From the NCBI GenBank assembly GCA_964016885.1, contig OZ024745.1, positions 69,812,001 through 69,876,000 on the forward strand: DNA of 64,000 bases, written 5' to 3'. The notes below the pieces were generated by a model. The model did not search any database, was not told where the DNA came from, and worked only from the letters and a program-made list of their open reading frames with translations. Positions 41,190 through 56,814 of this stretch are shown piece by piece. Within the stretch, counting starts at the first letter, position 1. Every line of letters begins with the position of its first letter. This stretch comes from Eledone cirrhosa. Its lineage: Eukaryota. Position numbers and translations under genes: made by a program.

Positions 41190-42476
41190 CGGTCCATTCT
41201 CCGCCAGGTTCAGGTGACCCCCAAAGAAGATGTCCTCATCCTCGGTTCACCGATCCACCCACCGGCCTCCGCTCGACAATCAGGTCCAGGCTTCAACAGC
41301 TCCTGACACTCACGAGCCGACTGCTGAGGAATTGCTTCACCATGCCGAAGCTCCTCTATACACTCCGCAGCGCTCCATGCTACACCCAGACATTTCTCCT
41401 CGCTGACCTCGATACTTGTATCCGAGCAGCAGCCGAGGAGATACGCAACGTCAAGTTTGACGAGATAGGGTGGCAACAGGCCACTTTACCTGTCAGGTAT
41501 GGCGGCCTTGGCCTCCGGTCCCCGATCTCACTAGCTTTGCCGGCGTATTTTTCGTCAGCAGGGTTCTTCAAAACACAACAGAACCCTCTGTATTCAGAGA
41601 ATGTGAGGCCGCCTGTGAGACGTGGGACCGGCTGGGACTTAGCCCAGTAGACGTCCCTCCTCCTCCCCCTGTTGATGTAAAGTCGCCCCAACGCCCTTGG
41701 GATGCCATCCAGTGCAGTCTGGCCTCAGACAGGCTCACGCGCCAGCTCGAACAGCACCACCTTGCTTGTTTTCGTGCAGCCTCCAAACCCCACAGTGGTG
41801 CCTGGCTCCATGCCCTGACCTCCTTCTCCACTGGTACGCAGCTAGACAACCATAGCCTGCGAATCGGCGTTTCCCTGAGGCTCGGCCTCCGGATCTGCCA
41901 GCCACACCAATGTCGCTGCGGTTCCACCGTCTATTCTTTTGGCTTCCACCCGATTTCCTGTGGCCACAGTGCTGGCTGCATTCCACGCCATGCTTCCCTC
42001 AACGAGGTCATTAAGCATGGCTTGGACGCTGCAGGCTTCCATTCCCAGCTCGAGCCGGTGGGGCTGGATCGAGGGGACAGCAAAAGGCCAGATGGCATGA
42101 CCATCTTCTCGTTCTGCGGTGGCAAACCCCTCGTCTGGGATGCTACTAGCACCGACACTTTCTGCAGCCGCAAAATGGTGCAGTCTGCGATTGACCCAGG
42201 TTCTGCTGCACGTCGGGCTGAGGGGGCCAAACTTCTCAAATTCCAGTCGTTCTCCGTCAGGTTTGCGGTCGTTCCCTTGGCAGTGGAGACTTCTGGTGTC
42301 CTGGGCCCCAGGGTTACCTCCTTATTCCCCACCATAGGTGCTGAGCTGACCAGCCGCAGGTGCGAGTTCCGCGAGTTGGAGTGGCTTTTCCATGCGTCTC
42401 CCTTGCCGTCCTCCGAGGAAACGCCTTCTCCATTCTGTCCGCCGGGGCTGTGAGTGGGCCCGATCGCGTACCAATA
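41190..42476 (+). mobile_element. 5'-truncated CRE-clade non-LTR retrotransposon with restriction-like endonuclease
   Basis: ATLPVRYGGLGL (RT thumb), SGAWLHAL, LRLG, CRC…H..SC knuckle, RH…N, EP, RPDG, LVWD, PLAVETSG. Probable TSD CATTAG (41184-41189 / 42477-42482). Confidence 0.85.
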
Positions 42477-42499
42477 CATTAGTTAAATATCATTCTTTC

Positions 42500-43920
42500 A
42501 TCTGATATATCTTTAAATTATATTTTATACCAGATTAATAGAATGAGTACCAGGGGAATATTGCAGACAATGTAAGCAACAATGTTCTCACCCTATCTAA
42601 AGGGTATATTTGTATATAGGTTGAATAGCACGGAATTAAACAATTACTTTTCTATTTCAAAGATTTGAAGTAATTATTTACCATTTCCGCAAGTATTACA
42701 AAATATTATTATTTGATATTTCTCTTGATTTTGATCATGCCACCGTTAAGTATTTAAAATATATTTAGAATAATCAAAATATCAAATATGTAATGTTATA
42801 CCGTAACTGTAAAACCTCTAGATATGTTTAATCTCTGTTAATAGCAGGTAAACGAAGGTAAAGACAGTGATGAACCTGATACAATATTACTGTCTGCTTC
42901 TAACGTTTCCATTGATTGAAATAATATTGGCAATACCGGTCATGGGGCCAATATCTAAAATTAAATATATTCCAATAATCAAAGATATTAGTGTGAACAT
43001 TCGAACAGAATCATATAAAACAGTCAGAATAAATTCCTCTTGTATCGTATCAAATGTTTTCATGTTTCTCATATATATGGTCATTAATTTATCTCCTGTT
43101 ATTTTTCAGCCAGGAATTAAAAGCTATTGAAATCATTACCTCTATATTCAATGCTAACTGGACGATCTTGAGTATCTTTGATCAAAATATACATCAAAAT
43201 GATACAGTCTTTAGAACGAATGTCATTACATTCAGGTTAGTAATGAATGAATATCGAATTATACCATTTTTCTCATAAGAACAATTTCTGTCCATAGCAT
43301 TAAATGCTTGATATACATTTCAACATTACAACACAGAAAAAAATAGTGAAAGTCTAGTAGTATGCTATATAATCAAATATAAATTAATAAAGGTGCATGC
43401 AATGATAGCGCTATATCCTATAAAGCAATAAATATGTACGTTGAGATATTAATTTTAAGATCACAGCATAATGAATTCTGGAAATTTCTGAGGGTATAGC
43501 AGCGATCATTGTTCAGAACACCGTAAAGTTCCTACACTATCGATTATGTGGGCTTTACACGACGAAGTGTCTTTAAGAAGTCTCTGATAAATAGGCTGAC
43601 TTCCTCACATTAACGAATGTCTGACAATCTAATACGATATTAAAATAATATTTTCTGACATCCTGTGATCTGAAAATTCTTTCAGAATATTGAAAGGTCA
43701 TGGGACGAACGTAATCGTGACGAAAAGCTGTATGTTTCGCTTATAAAAGCTGGGGTTTCTTTATAATCTTTGAGTAAACATAACTTCCTCTTGTTAGCAA
43801 TATCCACTCACGTCTATGGACATTTTGTCCTTCCAACATTTTATTCCCAAAATAACAATTTGATAGCTGGAATTCAAAGCAAATCAAGTAATTGCATTGA
43901 TACTGCTGTAGTTGTGCATC
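42500..43920 (-). pseudogene. Possible heavily decayed rhodopsin-class GPCR remnant(s)
   Basis: Minus-strand fragments resemble TM1 (GPMTGIANIISI), TM2 (VRSRQ*YCIRFITVFTFVYLLL), TM3 (YLTVA), TM6 (IVAYIVCNIPLVLILL) and TM7 (YSSINAIT*FALNSSY). Many stops; spacing is not canonical. Confidence 0.25.
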
Positions 43921-44761
43921 CAGTTAGAATTGCGGTTTTTTAGTTGAAATCAAATGGCCTACTTGTTTCGATTTTAGGCACACAATGGAGTGGAGAGTTT
44001 TATTCTAGTGCAAGTTGGTTCATTTCACGTTCTTCTACCGCTTAAGGGAAATGAATATTTATTCATCTGATGGATAATTACGTGTAATCTTGACTCGGAA
44101 ATATTAAGTCACTTGCACCTTCATTTCACAAGCAGGGTGTTATCTTTTAATACATGGCGTTGGGATCAATGGCGATTCACGTTATACATTTATATAAATA
44201 AGGCATTTGTCCGGAGCATAACATTGGGTTGCATTTTACTCTCACGAAGTTTGAAGTCATTACCATATAGGATGTAGCATTGGCAACTTAACTGCTGCTC
44301 TTATGGGCCGATCCTAGTTTTTGGAAACATTCTATCGTTTTCGAAATTCAACACCGAATTTTAGCATGCAAAAAATATTTGTATTCATGAGAGGAAACAA
44401 CATTACATAAAAAGACCTTGGCTTCTATAGCTCAACCATAGTAAAATATAACATTTTAGCCTTATCACAATGAGTCATTAAATGCGTAGATCAATAGTAG
44501 TTTAACTTTGTTGATTGTGTTTAACATCAAATATAAATCCCAAATGAATTTTATTGTTAGGATATATGCAAAATATATATAACATATCGAAATACTTCGA
44601 TATATACATATATATATATATGTATATATAAAATGTGTGCGTGCGTGTGTGTCCGTGTGTATTAGAGTGTTTGGGTAAGTATTAGCCAAAAACAAACTCT
44701 ATGCCCGTAGTTATGAATGTAAATAGGTTCCATTGTCAGAAGATTCTTATAGAAAGAAAAC

Positions 44762-44880
<119 letters not shown>

Positions 44881-45449
44881 ATTCCGTGCTTTGTTGATTA
44901 ATGTGATTTGCCTGTTTAACTGCTGTAGCTAAAAAGTACATGTCTATTATATTGTGATGCTAGAATTTTAGAAAGCAATTTTCTCAAATTTACTCATCAA
45001 CAATGGAATTTGATATTCTAAAGGCACAGTAGAATTTATTTTTTACCATAATGACATCTCATTTTTTTTCCATTAATCGAATTATAAAATCAAAATATAC
45101 TTCAAGGTTCTACAAAAATTACCCTTACATGATTTTTTTTCTTAAAAAAAAAGAAAATATTGTTCCGTGCACAAAATTTTCTATTTCCTATCCACCTGCA
45201 AGTTTTCAAATCTTTTTTTTTAAATCATTTTAATTTTCTTCTATATTATAGTACTGAATATCGAATGTCATCTTTTTCACAAGTAGTGATATGTTTATGT
45301 CTTCAAGAATATCAATTATTCAGGCGAATAATTCTGAAGACCAAAGAATCAAAGAATGATAATAACATATCTCAAACAGAGAAATAGTGTAAGGCTTAGT
45401 ATTAGAAAATATTATACTTCTGTTTCTCGGATACAACGATAGGAACAAT

Positions 45450-45910
45450 ATAATAATTGTTTCTACTTTTGGCACAAGGCCAGCAATTAACTCAGTGCAT
45501 TACTGGTACTTTATTCTATCGACCCCGTAAGGATGAAAGGCAAAGTTTACCTCGGCTGGATTTAAACTCAGACCGTTATATGTTATCGTATGTTCCGTAA
45601 CTCCTAATGGGTTTGTAACGGCACAACATTGATATATGGCGTTTTGGGGGCATTGTAAGCTTGGCGGAACCCATGTCCTCTCCACGCCTGAATACAGCAT
45701 ATTTCTTCTAGAGAAGGATAGAAAGTGAGAGAGCTGAAGTGAAAAAGGAATAGGTAGAAAGAATCGACCCTAGTACTAGACTGGTACCTTTCTATCGACC
45801 TCGAAAGGAACAAAGTTGTCCTCGTCAGGATTTGACATCAGGGAGCAGATATCAGAAACAAATAGGGCAAAACATTCTATCCGACTTTCTACGGCCTGCC
45901 AATTCGCCGC
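45450..45910 (-). mobile_element. Two SINE copies (45450-45600; variant 45760-45910)
   Basis: ACTGGTACTTTATTCTATCGACCCCGTAAGGATGAAAGGCAAAG, and a more diverged version ending …CCAATTCGCCGCC. Confidence 0.7.
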
Positions 45911-46094
45911 CTCTATAATGATATCTCTCCCTATCCCACCCTCTTTCTCTCTATCTCTCTCACTCTCTCTCTCTCTATCTCTCTCTCTCTATATATATAT
46001 ATATATAAATATATATATATATATCAGAATATACTTCATACTATGCGTATGCATGTGAACATATATTTTTATGCATATCTGTGAACGAAGTTAC

Positions 46095-46670
<576 letters not shown>

Positions 46671-46793
46671 GTAGTATGATTGCTAGGATGTGTCCATAGG
46701 CGGTATGCCCGTTGAACACTCTATGCTCCTTCGGAGCAGAGTATGTATGATAATATGGAAAACGAAGAATCAGTGATGCATCGAAACACAATT

Positions 46794-46832
<39 letters not shown>

Positions 46833-47224
46833 GATAAATCTACCAAGAGTTTACGGTAGTGTCCAATCCGTATGAAGAACTCAATGTATTCCGGATATCA
46901 TGGAAAGAAGAGATGTAATGAAAATCCACTTTCGGTGAAAGATAAACGGTATACAGAGTCAAGATAAAATATTAAACAAATAATGAACAAACAATTCCTT
47001 ATATTAAACAAAAAAAGTTCACTATTTAACGATCGTTTCTAGGGTATATATGTGTTATAATTGGTATGCATATTTAACAGATCTATGTACAAAATTATAC
47101 AAAATTATACAAATTATCAAGATTAAATATACATACCTAACTCATATATACGCCGTCTTCAGAAATAATGAAGTATATTTATTGATAATAACAACAATTC
47201 AAAATATCAGTTCAAAATTGACCA

Positions 47225-49375
47225 ATGAAAACACAATTGGACCTAAAAATGTCTAAAAAAATCCATGTCCACTCGGACAAAACTGGTAACTTGTATCATA
47301 TGGATATTGAACATTATAATGAGTTCATATATAAAGAACTCAGAAAAAATTATAAAAAATCTAATAATGTGTCACTCACCAACATCAACAACAAAACACA
47401 CAACATAGTAAAAAAACTAAATATTGAAGATAGAACTGAACCTTTGGCATTGAAAAGTCCACACTTCAACCTGAAAGATCACAAATCTGACTTTAACTCT
47501 AATCCTTCTATTAGACTTATATGTCCCTCCAAATCAGATATTGGAATAATTAGCAAAAAAATTTTAGATAGAGTCATCCCACAAATAAGAAAATACGTTA
47601 TTTTACCACTCTGGGAAAACACCTCCCAGGTAATTAATTGGTTTAAAAATATTAGGTGTAAATCTTCTGCTTCTTTCCTACAATTTGATATAGATAATTA
47701 CTATTCTTCTATATCACCCATACTCCTGAACAAAGCATTAATATTTGCTAAAAATAGATCTAATTTAACTTCGGATGACATTAACATTATTACACATGCT
47801 AGACAAACACTTATTGAATTTCAGAATGAATACTGGACCAGAAACACATACAGTAATCTTTTTGATATTACTATGGGTTCAAGCGATTCCGCCCAAATTA
47901 CTGATCTTGTGGGCCTCTTTCTCCTTTTCAACATAAATGCCTCTTTTCCCCACCTCAAAGGTGGTTTATATCGTGATGACTGTCTTCTTCTTTCTAACAA
48001 CCTTAGCCTTTCAGAAATCGAAAAAAACAAAAAACATATTAGAACTTTCCTTAAAGACTATTATAATCTTAATATTACTTTTGAAAAAACAAGTAAAGTA
48101 GTAAATTTCCTAGATATAACTTTAGATTTAGCTACGGGTATATACCAACCTTACCATAAACCTAACCAAAACTTACATTACATACACTCACAATCTAATC
48201 ACCCTAAATCTATCCTTAAAAACCTTGCATATAATATATCACTTAGAATTTCTAACCTTTCTTCTAACCAAGATGTATTTGATAAAAATGCGACCTTTTA
48301 TAATGAAGCTCTAGATAGAAGTGGCCACAAAAATAGATTAGAGTATATACCTTCTACTAAAAATACTGAAAGCATACAGCATAATATTACCAACAAACAC
48401 CAAATGAAAAGTACACACCTAAATGCCACCCACAGTATACCCCAAAATACTAAATCTTCTAATATAAAGTATAGTAACCCTCAAAAAACTACTCATCATA
48501 CAACTATAATAAATATTAATAATAAAACTCCTAATAAAAAAGATAAAACACCTAAATCTACAAATATAACTAAAAATAGTTGTGGTGAGATCATTAACAT
48601 TAATCCTCCTAGTAAAAATCATGATACAACATATAAAAATAATAAAAATATTAAACAACATAGAAACCGTAATAGACGAGTTACTTGGTATAATGCTCCT
48701 TTTAATTTACAAGTTAAGGATAATATTGCTAAAAAATTTTTTTATATCCTTGAGAAAAACTTCCCGCCAAACCACAAATACCATCAAATCTTAAATAGGT
48801 CTACAGTTAAATTCTCATACTCTACAACAAATAACATAAAACAAAATATAAGTGCATATAATGCATATAAATGTAAGAAAACCATAAGTATACCACCAGT
48901 ACATCAAATTAACAATAATATCTCCTCAAATACAGAATTAACGAAAGGATGTAACTGTAGAAACAAAACAAACTGCCCATTAAAAGGGAATTGTCTTGTT
49001 AACAACATAGTCTATAAATGTAATGTTAAAACTAAAGATTCTATTTGCTCATATATAGGAGCTACCTCTAACAATTTTAAGACAAGGTATAATACCCACA
49101 AACATAGCTTTAAAAATGCCGCACTGGCTAATACAACATCTCTAGCAGAAAAAATCAATAGTTATAAAAATAAAAATATAAAATATGATTTGACCTGGAG
49201 TGTGCTCAAAAGAGCCACCCCTTATCAAAATAATAGAAAGGAATGTAGATTATGTTCCCAAGAACTATTTGAAATAATGAAGTCTAGGGATATCTTATTA
49301 AATAAAAGACAGGAATTAATTATATCGTGTAATCATAAACTAAAAAAAACATTTAAATATTATAAACCTAATTAA
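47225..49375 (+). CDS. Hydra-type PLE RT + GIY-YIG endonuclease (716 aa, 5'-truncated)
   Basis: DKTGNLY, LKDHK…RLICP, QFDIDNYYSSI, ITMGS, LYRDD, NFLDITL, YHKP, SNHP, CNCRNKTNC, IVYKC…YIGAT…KTR, CRLC, CNH. The first Met is contributed by the inverted arm. Confidence 0.93.
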   Translation: MKTQLDLKMSKKIHVHSDKTGNLYHMDIEHYNEFIYKELRKNYKKSNNVSLTNINNKTHNIVKKLNIEDRTEPLALKSPHFNLKDHKSDFNSNPSIRLICPSKSDIGIISKKILDRVIPQIRKYVILPLWENTSQVINWFKNIRCKSSASFLQFDIDNYYSSISPILLNKALIFAKNRSNLTSDDINIITHARQTLIEFQNEYWTRNTYSNLFDITMGSSDSAQITDLVGLFLLFNINASFPHLKGGLYRDDCLLLSNNLSLSEIEKNKKHIRTFLKDYYNLNITFEKTSKVVNFLDITLDLATGIYQPYHKPNQNLHYIHSQSNHPKSILKNLAYNISLRISNLSSNQDVFDKNATFYNEALDRSGHKNRLEYIPSTKNTESIQHNITNKHQMKSTHLNATHSIPQNTKSSNIKYSNPQKTTHHTTIININNKTPNKKDKTPKSTNITKNSCGEIININPPSKNHDTTYKNNKNIKQHRNRNRRVTWYNAPFNLQVKDNIAKKFFYILEKNFPPNHKYHQILNRSTVKFSYSTTNNIKQNISAYNAYKCKKTISIPPVHQINNNISSNTELTKGCNCRNKTNCPLKGNCLVNNIVYKCNVKTKDSICSYIGATSNNFKTRYNTHKHSFKNAALANTTSLAEKINSYKNKNIKYDLTWSVLKRATPYQNNRKECRLCSQELFEIMKSRDILLNKRQELIISCNHKLKKTFKYYKPN

Positions 49376-51111
49376 TAACATTATTCTAGAATTTAATTTA
49401 ATTTAAATGTTAGTTAACCTATAAATTTAATTTAATTAATATTTTATTACAGATGAGAAAATATTATGTAATCATAAATTTTGAAAAACCTTTAAATATT
49501 ACTAATATATACTCAGTAATTTAATTTATAGATTAATTTTAATTTATTTTAACCTTTTATTATAATTTTTTTTATTATAATTCTTTTACAGATAAAATAT
49601 AACAAAATAATATCATGTATCCTATGACGGAGAAGGAATTTTTAGTATTATAGACCTAAATAATATACATTTTGGAAATATATTTATTATTTGGTTTTAG
49701 TTTTAATCAACCTAAAACTTTAATTTTAATTTGCTTAAAATTAGTATCCTTGTACAGACGAATTGCAGAATGTTATGTAATCATAGAATGGGATGTGTTT
49801 TGGATATATACCTAGTTAATATATTCTGTGCAATTTTTTGAAAAAGATATGTATATCTATATGTATATGTATATGTGTGTGTTGTATGTGTATCTGTATG
49901 TATATTTATGTGACTATATATGTATGTATGTGTATATATATGTATATATATATATATATGTGTGTATATGTATATATATGTGTATGTGTATGTATATGTA
50001 TATGTATGCGTATTAATTTTGATTTTTATTTGCATATAATTATATTATGCTATTGATGAAATACAATATCTGCTTTATGTATTGTATACCTAATTAACAT
50101 ATACTTATTAACGTATACTATTGAAATAAATATATAATTTTTAATTTAGTTAACATATAATTTATATGCTACTACCGATGTAATACTTTATTTTATTTTT
50201 ATTTGGGTTTCTTTTCCCTATTACTAAATTCATCTCCTAATATTGATACCATAACGTTATTAACTTTAATTTAGTTATAATGTAATTAATAATCTACTAC
50301 TGTTTGACTTCATAATTCTGCTTCAAATATTATAAACCTAACTAATTTACACCTTGGAAATCAATATGTTGACTATCTTTGGTTTAGTTAACATATGATT
50401 AATGGTATACTTTTTTATTTTGAGATGCATAGATTTCGTATTTCCTAGCACTGAAAATATGTAAGAACATACATTGAATTAAGATACGGAAAATATTATA
50501 TGTTTCTTGAAACATATATTTACTTTGATCCCCTTCTCCAAACCCCCCCTTTCCCCCATACTATTATCATCTGTTTTTGTAAGCGTATATGTATGAATAT
50601 ATGTGTAGGTGGGTGTCTATATAGGTTTTGGTATTTATTTCTAAATATAAAAATACATATATGAGCATGTAAATATGAATGTAAGATTGAGTGTGTATAT
50701 ATGATTGTACATACATATGTATGTATATATATGTATATATATGTATTATATATGTATGTGTATGTGAATGTGTGGTATGTATATGTGTATGTATATGTAT
50801 ATATGTGTATGTATGTGTATGCTTGTATATAGGAATATATATATGTGTGTATATGTGTATGTATATGTATATGCGTGTTTGTATGTATGTGTATATGGGT
50901 TCTGTATATATTTGTATGTCTCTCTATTTATATGTTTATCTTCGTATCTATGTGATATATGTGTGTGTGTGTGCACGTATGCATATGTATGTGTTTGTGT
51001 GTGTTTGTATGTGTGTGTGTATATATATATGTATTTGAGCACACTCACATACACATATATATATATATATATGTGAGTGTGTATGTGTGTCTGTGTGTGT
51101 GTGTGTGTGTG

Positions 51112-51152
<41 letters not shown>

Positions 51153-51164
51153 GTATATATATAG

Positions 51165-51196
<32 letters not shown>

Positions 51197-51319
51197 ATAT
51201 AGGTGTCTATGTGTGAATATATGTCTTTATTCGTATGTGTGTATTTATGTATGTATATATTTAGGTGTATGTATGTATGTGTATGTATGTATGTGTATAT
51301 ATATATGTATATGTATATA

Positions 51320-51356
<37 letters not shown>

Positions 51357-51567
51357 TATTCTTTATTATTATTGTAATATAACTTATGTGTATATGTGTA
51401 TAAGTGAGGTTGTGTATGTATATATACTATGTGTGTATATGTAAGAGTAATGAAATATATATATATATATATATATATGTGCATGTCTGTTTTTTATGTG
51501 TGTGTATATATATATATGTGTGTGTGTATGTATGTATGTATATATATATGTGTACGTGTGTGTATGT

Positions 51568-51601
<34 letters not shown>

Positions 51602-51696
51602 GTGGGTGTTTGTATGTGTATTTATGGTGGTATGAGTGTGGGGATATATATGTTTGTATATATATGTGTGTGTGTATATATATATATATGAGTCTA

Positions 51697-51747
<51 letters not shown>

Positions 51748-52521
51748 ATGTGTGTATGTGTTGCGCGTGAGTGTGTGTGTATTTATATCTTTTTATATGT
51801 GTATGTGTATGTTCGTGTAAATGTATGTGTGTGTATGACTGTATAGGTATGTGTGTATGTAAGTATGTGTAGATATCTCTATGTGCGCGTACATGTATGT
51901 ATGTGTATGTATATCTGTATGTGTATGTACATTATATTATATTTATTATATTTTATTGTTTTTATTTTTTTATTTTTCTTAATTTATAGATACATTTATA
52001 TTAGGCAGTCTGGTCTGACAATCTAATACTGACCCCTCCCCCCCCCCTCCCACCTAATTTCTGTATCTTGATCTTGAAATGTGTGTACCAGTGTTTTTAT
52101 GTGAGTGACTTAATTTCTATTTGCTTATGATTTTATATCCACATATATAAATGTGAGTGGGGGAGTGTGTGTGTTTGTATGTTCGTGGTTATGTGTATAT
52201 TTATGCATATACGCACATGTATGTGTGATTATACTGATATGTGTGAGTATGGAAAAAAATATATTTATATGCTTGACTCCATAAGTATCATTGCGTATCT
52301 TATCAGCGCATTAAGCTTACAGAGATATTAACCTTGAAATTTTGTGTTTGCATCCATCTTTTTAGTATGCACATACAAATTATACACACATTATTGTAAA
52401 ATATGTGTAAGGTTTTTACATGTATATACACACACCAAACTGCTTTTAACCCTTTGTGTTTTCATTGGTCAATTTTGAACTGATATTTTGAATTGTTGTT
52501 ATTATCAATAAATATACTTCA

Positions 52522-52668
52522 TTATTTCTGAAGACGGCGTATATATGAGTTAGGTATGTATATTTAATCTTGATAATTTGTATAATTTTGTATAATTTTG
52601 TACATAGATCTGTTAAATATGCATACCAATTATAACACATATATACCCTAGAAACGATCGTTAAATAG
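52522..52668 (+). ncRNA. Type I HHR-like motif with ~116-nt stem-loop II (inverted copy ~47022-47168)
   Basis: TTATTT-CTGAAGA-[C-GGCGTATATATG…CATATATACCCT-A]-GAAA-C-GATC-G-TT-AAATAG. Confidence 0.7.
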
Positions 52669-52717
52669 TGAACTTTTTTTGTTTAATATAAGGAATTGTT
52701 TGTTCATTATTTGTTTA

Positions 52718-53614
<897 letters not shown>

Positions 53615-53619
<5 letters not shown>

Positions 53620-54190
53620 CAAGCGTGGACTAAATTCAAAGACATTCAAAATATCACTGCCTATCTCCAAATTATTTTGTTGAGCAAAAATTTGCCAAAA
53701 TTACTGCTATAGTTCATAGTAACAACTTGGCTACTGTCTTTTTAACACCCTACTTCTCACTGATTAACCTCGATGTCACGTGATTGATTCTTTTGAATTT
53801 GCCACCGACCAAGTAGGCAGGGATTTTTTCAATGTCTTGGAATTTAGTCCACGCTTGCTTTTTTCCATCCACTGAATTATTTTTGTATAAGTTCCCCTGT
53901 GTCTACGCATCGCCAGGGATCTTAGCTGAGAATGACTTCCTGATTACGAAATGGCTTCTCCATGTTTTCTATTTGGAAACCATGTTTATTCCCTTTCAGA
54001 AACTAATTGGTTGGAGTGAAATTTTAGTAAGTAAGTTAATTTTTATAATTTTCTTATTTTACGTCTTTCATATAATTGTTCTGCATCCCCTTGCATTGAA
54101 CCACAAAGTTACTAAGACAAAACCTATATATTTGCTTGCATAGCTATACTTCTGTATATATATATGTTGGTAGATATACTAATTCTTTAT
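53615..54190 (+). mobile_element. Second, diverged copy of the ~525-bp retrozyme-like unit with a short inverted arm
   Basis: 53664-54190 is colinear with 8169-8565 plus the reverse complement of 7698-7820. 53615-53663 is an inversion of 53813-53862. HHR core is mutated (CTGATTA) at 53935-54017. Confidence 0.75.
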
Positions 54191-56044
54191 ATATATATAT
54201 ATATTTCGAAGTTTCACCACATTAAAGTGCCACTTTTATTAGAACGAAGTATATTGCTTCTATATAGATTATGAGTCCTGCATTCAGGACACGTTTAGTG
54301 TTTTTAATATACAATGCAAGCATACAGTTTATCATGGAAAGACATTACATGAAGGATCACCCTTCTTTTTTTCCTGATGGAATTGTCATTTTTGAATATC
54401 GATTCCCTGACCTCCATTATTATTCTGACCTCGATTTTCATAATGGTGCTGAGTGACTCCCGAATTCTAGGGCTTTTATGAGAAAGGATTGTGATAAATG
54501 CGCTTTTTATCACACATGACTATTCAATTTCTTATAATTTGATTTATTTTTCGCAATGCCAGTTTCATTCAACAATTGAGTGGGTATCGTGTTGGAATAG
54601 CTACTACAACGTGGAGAGTGTTCATATTTGGGGCTAGAAATGAAAGTCCGTGTCTTGACGAAAGTCTCATAATTATTCAGGTTGTGTGAGCGAGACTGGA
54701 TGCGTTATGTAGAAGATAATTTAGCTGGCAATAAGCATGTTAAGTCATCAGAGTGTATATTAGGTGGCAAGACATGCGAGAAAAATTGTGAAAATATTCT
54801 ACTGTAACAAAATAAATGTTGATCTAGGCGAGTGATTCTCAAGCGGGAGACAATTGGCTCTCAAAAGATTAATTCTATCTACTTGAGGAATTGTGGATGA
54901 ATGTTAATCAGGCTTGTATTATATTCCAGTTTAGATACAGCTCCTGATTAACACCCTCCATAATTTCTCCCTTAAATAAAATTCCTCTTCTGGTAGCCAA
55001 GATCATAAAAGGGAGAGGATAATGTATATCAGTCATATATTTAAAGAAATACAACTATACCCAACTAAAAGGGCAATCACGAATTAAGTGTTTGCAAGAA
55101 AGATGCTGCCTCAGAATTATTCAATTTTGGTACCATACCTTTAATACTCATGCTAATATGGTGCTCTGATGAACAATTACTTGGTGGCCATTTGGTGAAA
55201 AAGTATTTCGTGACAATTCAGAATGAGGAGGAATTGATGGAATCTGTGATTGCAAAAGGAAAAACGTTATCTTGGTCTCTGAAAAGCATTCATCTACATT
55301 ATACCATCTTTTGGCAGCCTAGATATTCGAGTTTAAGTCTTTAAGATACCTTAGAAAATACAACAGAGACACACATAGTAAGGAAACCATGTAAACGTTG
55401 TGCAGTTTTCTAAAATGCTAACTAATAAAACAACGCCGTCTTTGAAAGATTCCATCTATCGCTAAAGGATAGAGAACAGCCAGGAAAAGAATGTTAAGAA
55501 AAATCATTATATGTATATATATATATATATATAAAGAAAGGAGTGAGGTGAATAAGGAAAAAGAGAGGTAGAAAGAAAGAGCGAAGGGGTGGTGGTGTAC
55601 GAATACCACAAAAACATTGTCAGGAAAAGACCAACTGAAGCAACATTTACAAATTGCATGTCATCGTGATTACATTAAAGGTAACGAAAGTTGATGACGT
55701 AGCATGTGGTGAAAATAATTAAATACAAACTATGCATAAAGATACTTTACCGTTTAATGTGTCACTAAGCTAGAAGAAATGATAGTAAAAGCTAACTATG
55801 ATATTAAAGAAAAGACAGGCGAAATACTGAGAAGAAAGTCAAAACAAAAACAAGACATGATGCAACACGAAGGACAGATGGAAAATAAAATAATTAAATA
55901 AATAACAACCTCTTCTTAGGTTAAATGAAAAGATAACGTGATATTAATATTGAAGGAAATGATATTGAAAGCAAGTAGTCATGTTACATGACTAATGTGA
56001 GAGTAACTTACAAGGAAATTATATTAAATTATTATAAGGTTAAT

Positions 56045-56290
56045 GCAGTAGCATAGCATAGTGGTAAGTCTGTTTAACTTACGGTCGTGATTCAGGTCCC
56101 CTATGTGGCGTTGGTTGTCTCCTTGCGGTAGACAATGTGTTTCGCGTTGTTCCTTTCCACTCAGTTGGAATAAAATGAGTTGTAACCGATTAAAACGACC
56201 AAACGTGTCACACAATATGACCCGCTGGATCTTTTAGAGAATTACAGTTTTGGTATGCTGAGCCACTTGCACGTTAATTTCAAGGCCTAA
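56045..56290 (+). mobile_element. Decayed tRNA-derived SINE-like element
   Basis: TAGCATAGTGGTAAG (A-box-like), GATTCAGGTCCC (B-box-like), TTGTCTCCTTG…CCACTCAG…AAATGAGT body. Confidence 0.4.
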
Positions 56291-56814
56291 CACTTCTGTT
56301 GTGCAAACCACTTAATAGTAAGAGAAAACAAGACTACAAATAATAATAATATAAGAATAAAATTTCTTACACCAGTGGAAAATACCTAACATCATATTTA
56401 CTAAAAATATATCATTCTTTACCAAGTAAGAGCAGTAGTTTGATGGAATAATTTTAGACAAAATATCTTGTGGTAGTTAGTTACGGCACTATACGTTTTT
56501 AGTTCAAATTCATTCTATGTTCGATAAAAGGTAGTATAATCATGTACTTCAAGAGTTACGTTTAACATAACATGTCTAAATCATTGAGTTTTCGGCTGAA
56601 TTGGAAATAGTTACGAAGCACCAAATCGATTCTTACCTAACATAACTATCATTAAAGCATTCCAGGTTACTCGTATAATGTATACATATTGTACATTGTT
56701 GAATATGGCCTTCATATTTTCATATGGTAGAGTGTGATTATAATAAATAACAACTATTATTTATAATAGATGGAAAAACACTTAGTGAATTTATTGTTGG
56801 CTTCTTGAATTTCA

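Noticed and set aside
54250-55350. Possible decayed DNA-transposase fragments (also 40330-40720)
   Set aside because: No convincing catalytic motif or TIRs could be identified by eye.
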